Assembly: GCA_964016885.1 (NCBI GenBank)
Contig: OZ024753.1
Span: 7,006,001 to 7,070,000, forward strand
Source: Eledone cirrhosa
Taxonomy: Eukaryota
Reading direction: 5' to 3'
Length of the DNA stretch: 64,000 nt
Positions 61,592 through 64,000 of the stretch are shown here, piece by piece (position 1 is the stretch's first letter; the number at the start of each line of letters is the position of its first letter). The notes beneath the pieces were generated by a model. It was not told where the DNA came from. It worked only from the letters and a program-made list of their open reading frames with translations, and did no database searches. The position numbers and the translations under genes are program-made.

Positions 61592-62109
61592 TATTTATAT
61601 ATATACTTGGCTCTCAGCAGTATGTAACATGTTACTCAATATTTGTAAACGTACCGTAGAAATGGGCCATTTGGCAAATTGCACCAGGGTTTCATTTAAG
61701 AGAGGAAAAACATTAATATAATTTTGGATACAGAGACAGAAATAATAGAATTAGTTTAAGGATATACCTTTAAATAGGTTGGAAGCAAATCAAGCAATTA
61801 GACAAAGTTGAAAACACAAATGAGGGAAAAGATTACAAATGGATATTGCGGATGTTATATGGTATTACTTAAAACAGAGGGAAATGTTACAGGGGATATT
61901 TGACAATGCTCTCGTGCTTTCTTCAGCAGTTAAAGCAGTAATCTAAAGTAGTAAATTTACAAGAGAGTAGAAGAAATTAAGAGAATTCTGTAGTCATTCA
62001 GAAGTTCTCCCAAGAGCTTACACAGAAATATATTTACTATGAAAGTAATGAGACAGGTTTCACTGCAATTAGAAACATATATATTTCAGGTCTAGCAAAA
62101 TATCAAATA

Positions 62110-62268
62110 AATAATTGTTTCTACTTTTGGCACAAGGCCAGCAATTACCCAGTGCATTACTGGTACTTTATTTTATCGACCCCGTAAGGATGAAAGGCAA
62201 AGTCAACCTCGGCGGGATTTGAACTCAGACCGTAAAGGGACGTAACTATGCTAGAAAGCATGGCGTCC
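62110..62268 (-). mobile_element. SINE family A copy (5'-truncated)
   Basis: Family motifs. Confidence 0.85.
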
Positions 62269-62714
62269 ATAATGGTTCTTAATTTAAGCATAGTGGAGGC
62301 GCGTGGCTTAGTCTAAGCGTCTTGGACTTATGCTCATAATGTCGCGGGTTAGATTCCTGGGTTGGATTGTGGATTGTGTTCTTGAGCAAAAGACTTCATT
62401 TAGCGTTTTTTCAATTCAATTCAATATATTTGGCAGAAATTAAAACATAGATGTTTCAGCTGCCATGTAATGAGGGGAGGGGGGGGGGGGGGGGGGGCAA
62501 CATTTACACAGTCCGAAACACAGTGGTCCAACACCGGTCCAATTTCGCCTTGAATTGTCGCGTGGTTGACACGTTGACTACTTCTTCTGGAAGCCGATTC
62601 TAGGGTCCCCAGAGATGCGGATCGAGAAAGCAACTTTCCGTCTATTTAGGCGAAAGCGTTGCTGAAAATGACTACCAGCAATATACCTGGGGATTTAAAC
62701 CTGTGATGGACTGG

Positions 62715-62852
62715 CGTCATTTTCAGCCGAGTATACTGGAGCAACGTGAAATGAAGAGTTTTGATCAAGAACACAACACGCAACCCACGAATCGAACCCA
62801 CGACGTTATGATCGTAAGTCCAACACCCTTATCACTAGGCCACGTGCCTCCA
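62715..62852 (-). mobile_element. CORE-type SINE head and body (a diverged + strand relative lies at 62295-62410)
   Basis: CTGGAGCAACGTGAAATGAAG.GT.TTG.TCAAGAACACAAC ... ATCGAACCC ... GGCCACGTGCCTCC. Confidence 0.7.
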
Positions 62853-62864
62853 CTTATGGCATGT

Positions 62865-63268
62865 AAGTACGTTCTTTTACGATCTGAGTTCAAATCACGG
62901 TGAGGTTAGCTTTGTCTTTCATTTTTAAAGGGTTGATAAAATAAAACACTAGCAACGCACTGGGGGTGATTTTATCAACATTCCCCACCCCGCAAATTGT
63001 TGGCCTTGTGCCTTAATCAGAAACCATTGTTATCATTATCAACATTTAGGGTGGTGGATTGGCAGTATCGGTAGAAGGTCGGACGCAGTGCTTTGCAGCA
63101 TAGAGTTACATCCCCTTACGTTCTGCTTTCAAATCCCGCCGAGGTTAACTTTGCCTTTCATCCTTACGGAGTCGATAAAATAAAGTACCAGTCACACACT
63201 GGGGTCGATTTAATCGACTTTCCCCTCCCACAAAATTGCTGGCCTTGGGCATATACAAGAAACCATTA
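62865..63268 (+). mobile_element. Two SINE A copies
   Basis: Family motifs at about 62865 and 63048. Confidence 0.85.
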
Positions 63269-63801
63269 TAGAGTCTCTATTTAAAGATGTAAAAATAATG
63301 TAATAAAAATTGTATTTTATTTTAGTTCTGATTTGTATTGTCTATTTATCTACATTAGATTTCTGTTTTGTGTGAAATGTGTTTTATTATTTCGTGTGTA
63401 ATATTATTATGTCATATATGTCTACCGCTAAAATAACATTTTACGAAATCTCTGCTTTGAATATGAACATTTCAATTTTAATTAATTTCTCTATTTTAAT
63501 AGTAGTTTTTGCATATTTCCTGGACCAAATGTATTTGTGTATCATGGTGATGCAATGAAGACATTTCATCATCATCTTCATCATCATCATAATCAGCATC
63601 ACCCGGCGGCCTCAGCCGAAATCGATTCAATATGGTGCCCTTACGCTTTCCGCATGAGTTTGGGGCTCATGCCAAGCCACATTATTTTATAAAGCTCCTG
63701 TTAGTAAGATTTAACACATGAGATATCGTTACCACCTCCACCACAATTACACACTTAACATGCTTGCTATGTTTGCTTCGTACACTCTAAACTCAGATCT
63801 T

Positions 63802-63928
63802 ATCATCATCATCCGGCGGCCTCCGCCGAAATTGATTCTACAATTGATCTCCACGTGGGTCTGTCGTTCATTGCCGTTACCAAATCCTGGATTTCAATAC
63901 CAGAATCCCTGGAAATGACATCAGGATA
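63802..63928 (-). mobile_element. RTE LINE 3' end (a shorter stub of the same end lies at 63566-63630)
   Basis: YPDVISRDSGIEIQDLVTAMNDRPTWRSIVESISAEAAG* is followed by a (TGA)n tail. The AM.DR..WR motif is typical of the RTE C-terminus. Confidence 0.75.
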
Positions 63929-64000
63929 CCCCCCACTCCTGTTATTAATGACTGCTTGTGGTGTCCAAAGAACTAATGGGTACACAGCCTCAGAGGTGGC

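Overview
This is AT-rich eukaryotic, repeat-saturated DNA with no convincing intact host gene. The tRNA-derived SINE families and huge (TA)n arrays suggest an octopus or other coleoid cephalopod, which is inference only. Nearly all ORFs in the supplied track are microsatellite artefacts. The window holds roughly 35-40 copies of one tRNA-headed SINE, often in same-orientation arrays separated by a repeated target-like motif, and a second CORE-type SINE family. It also has decayed RTE and CRE LINE fragments, two non-autonomous Helitrons with shared ends, a piggyBac-like MITE, several minisatellites and kilobase-scale (TA)n tracts. The most notable signal is a set of short non-coding elements embedded in (TA)n tracts that carry minimal type I hammerhead ribozyme motifs (CUGANGA...GAAA-palindrome-NUH). 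The best are at 49099-49164 (+), 50187-50257 (-), 57966-58023 (-) and 58188-58245 (+), with about seven decayed relatives. Many of these elements are arranged as long fold-back inverted repeats, consistent with Penelope-like pLTR or retrozyme-type elements associated with TA microsatellites. Coordinates were read by eye and may be off by a few bases.
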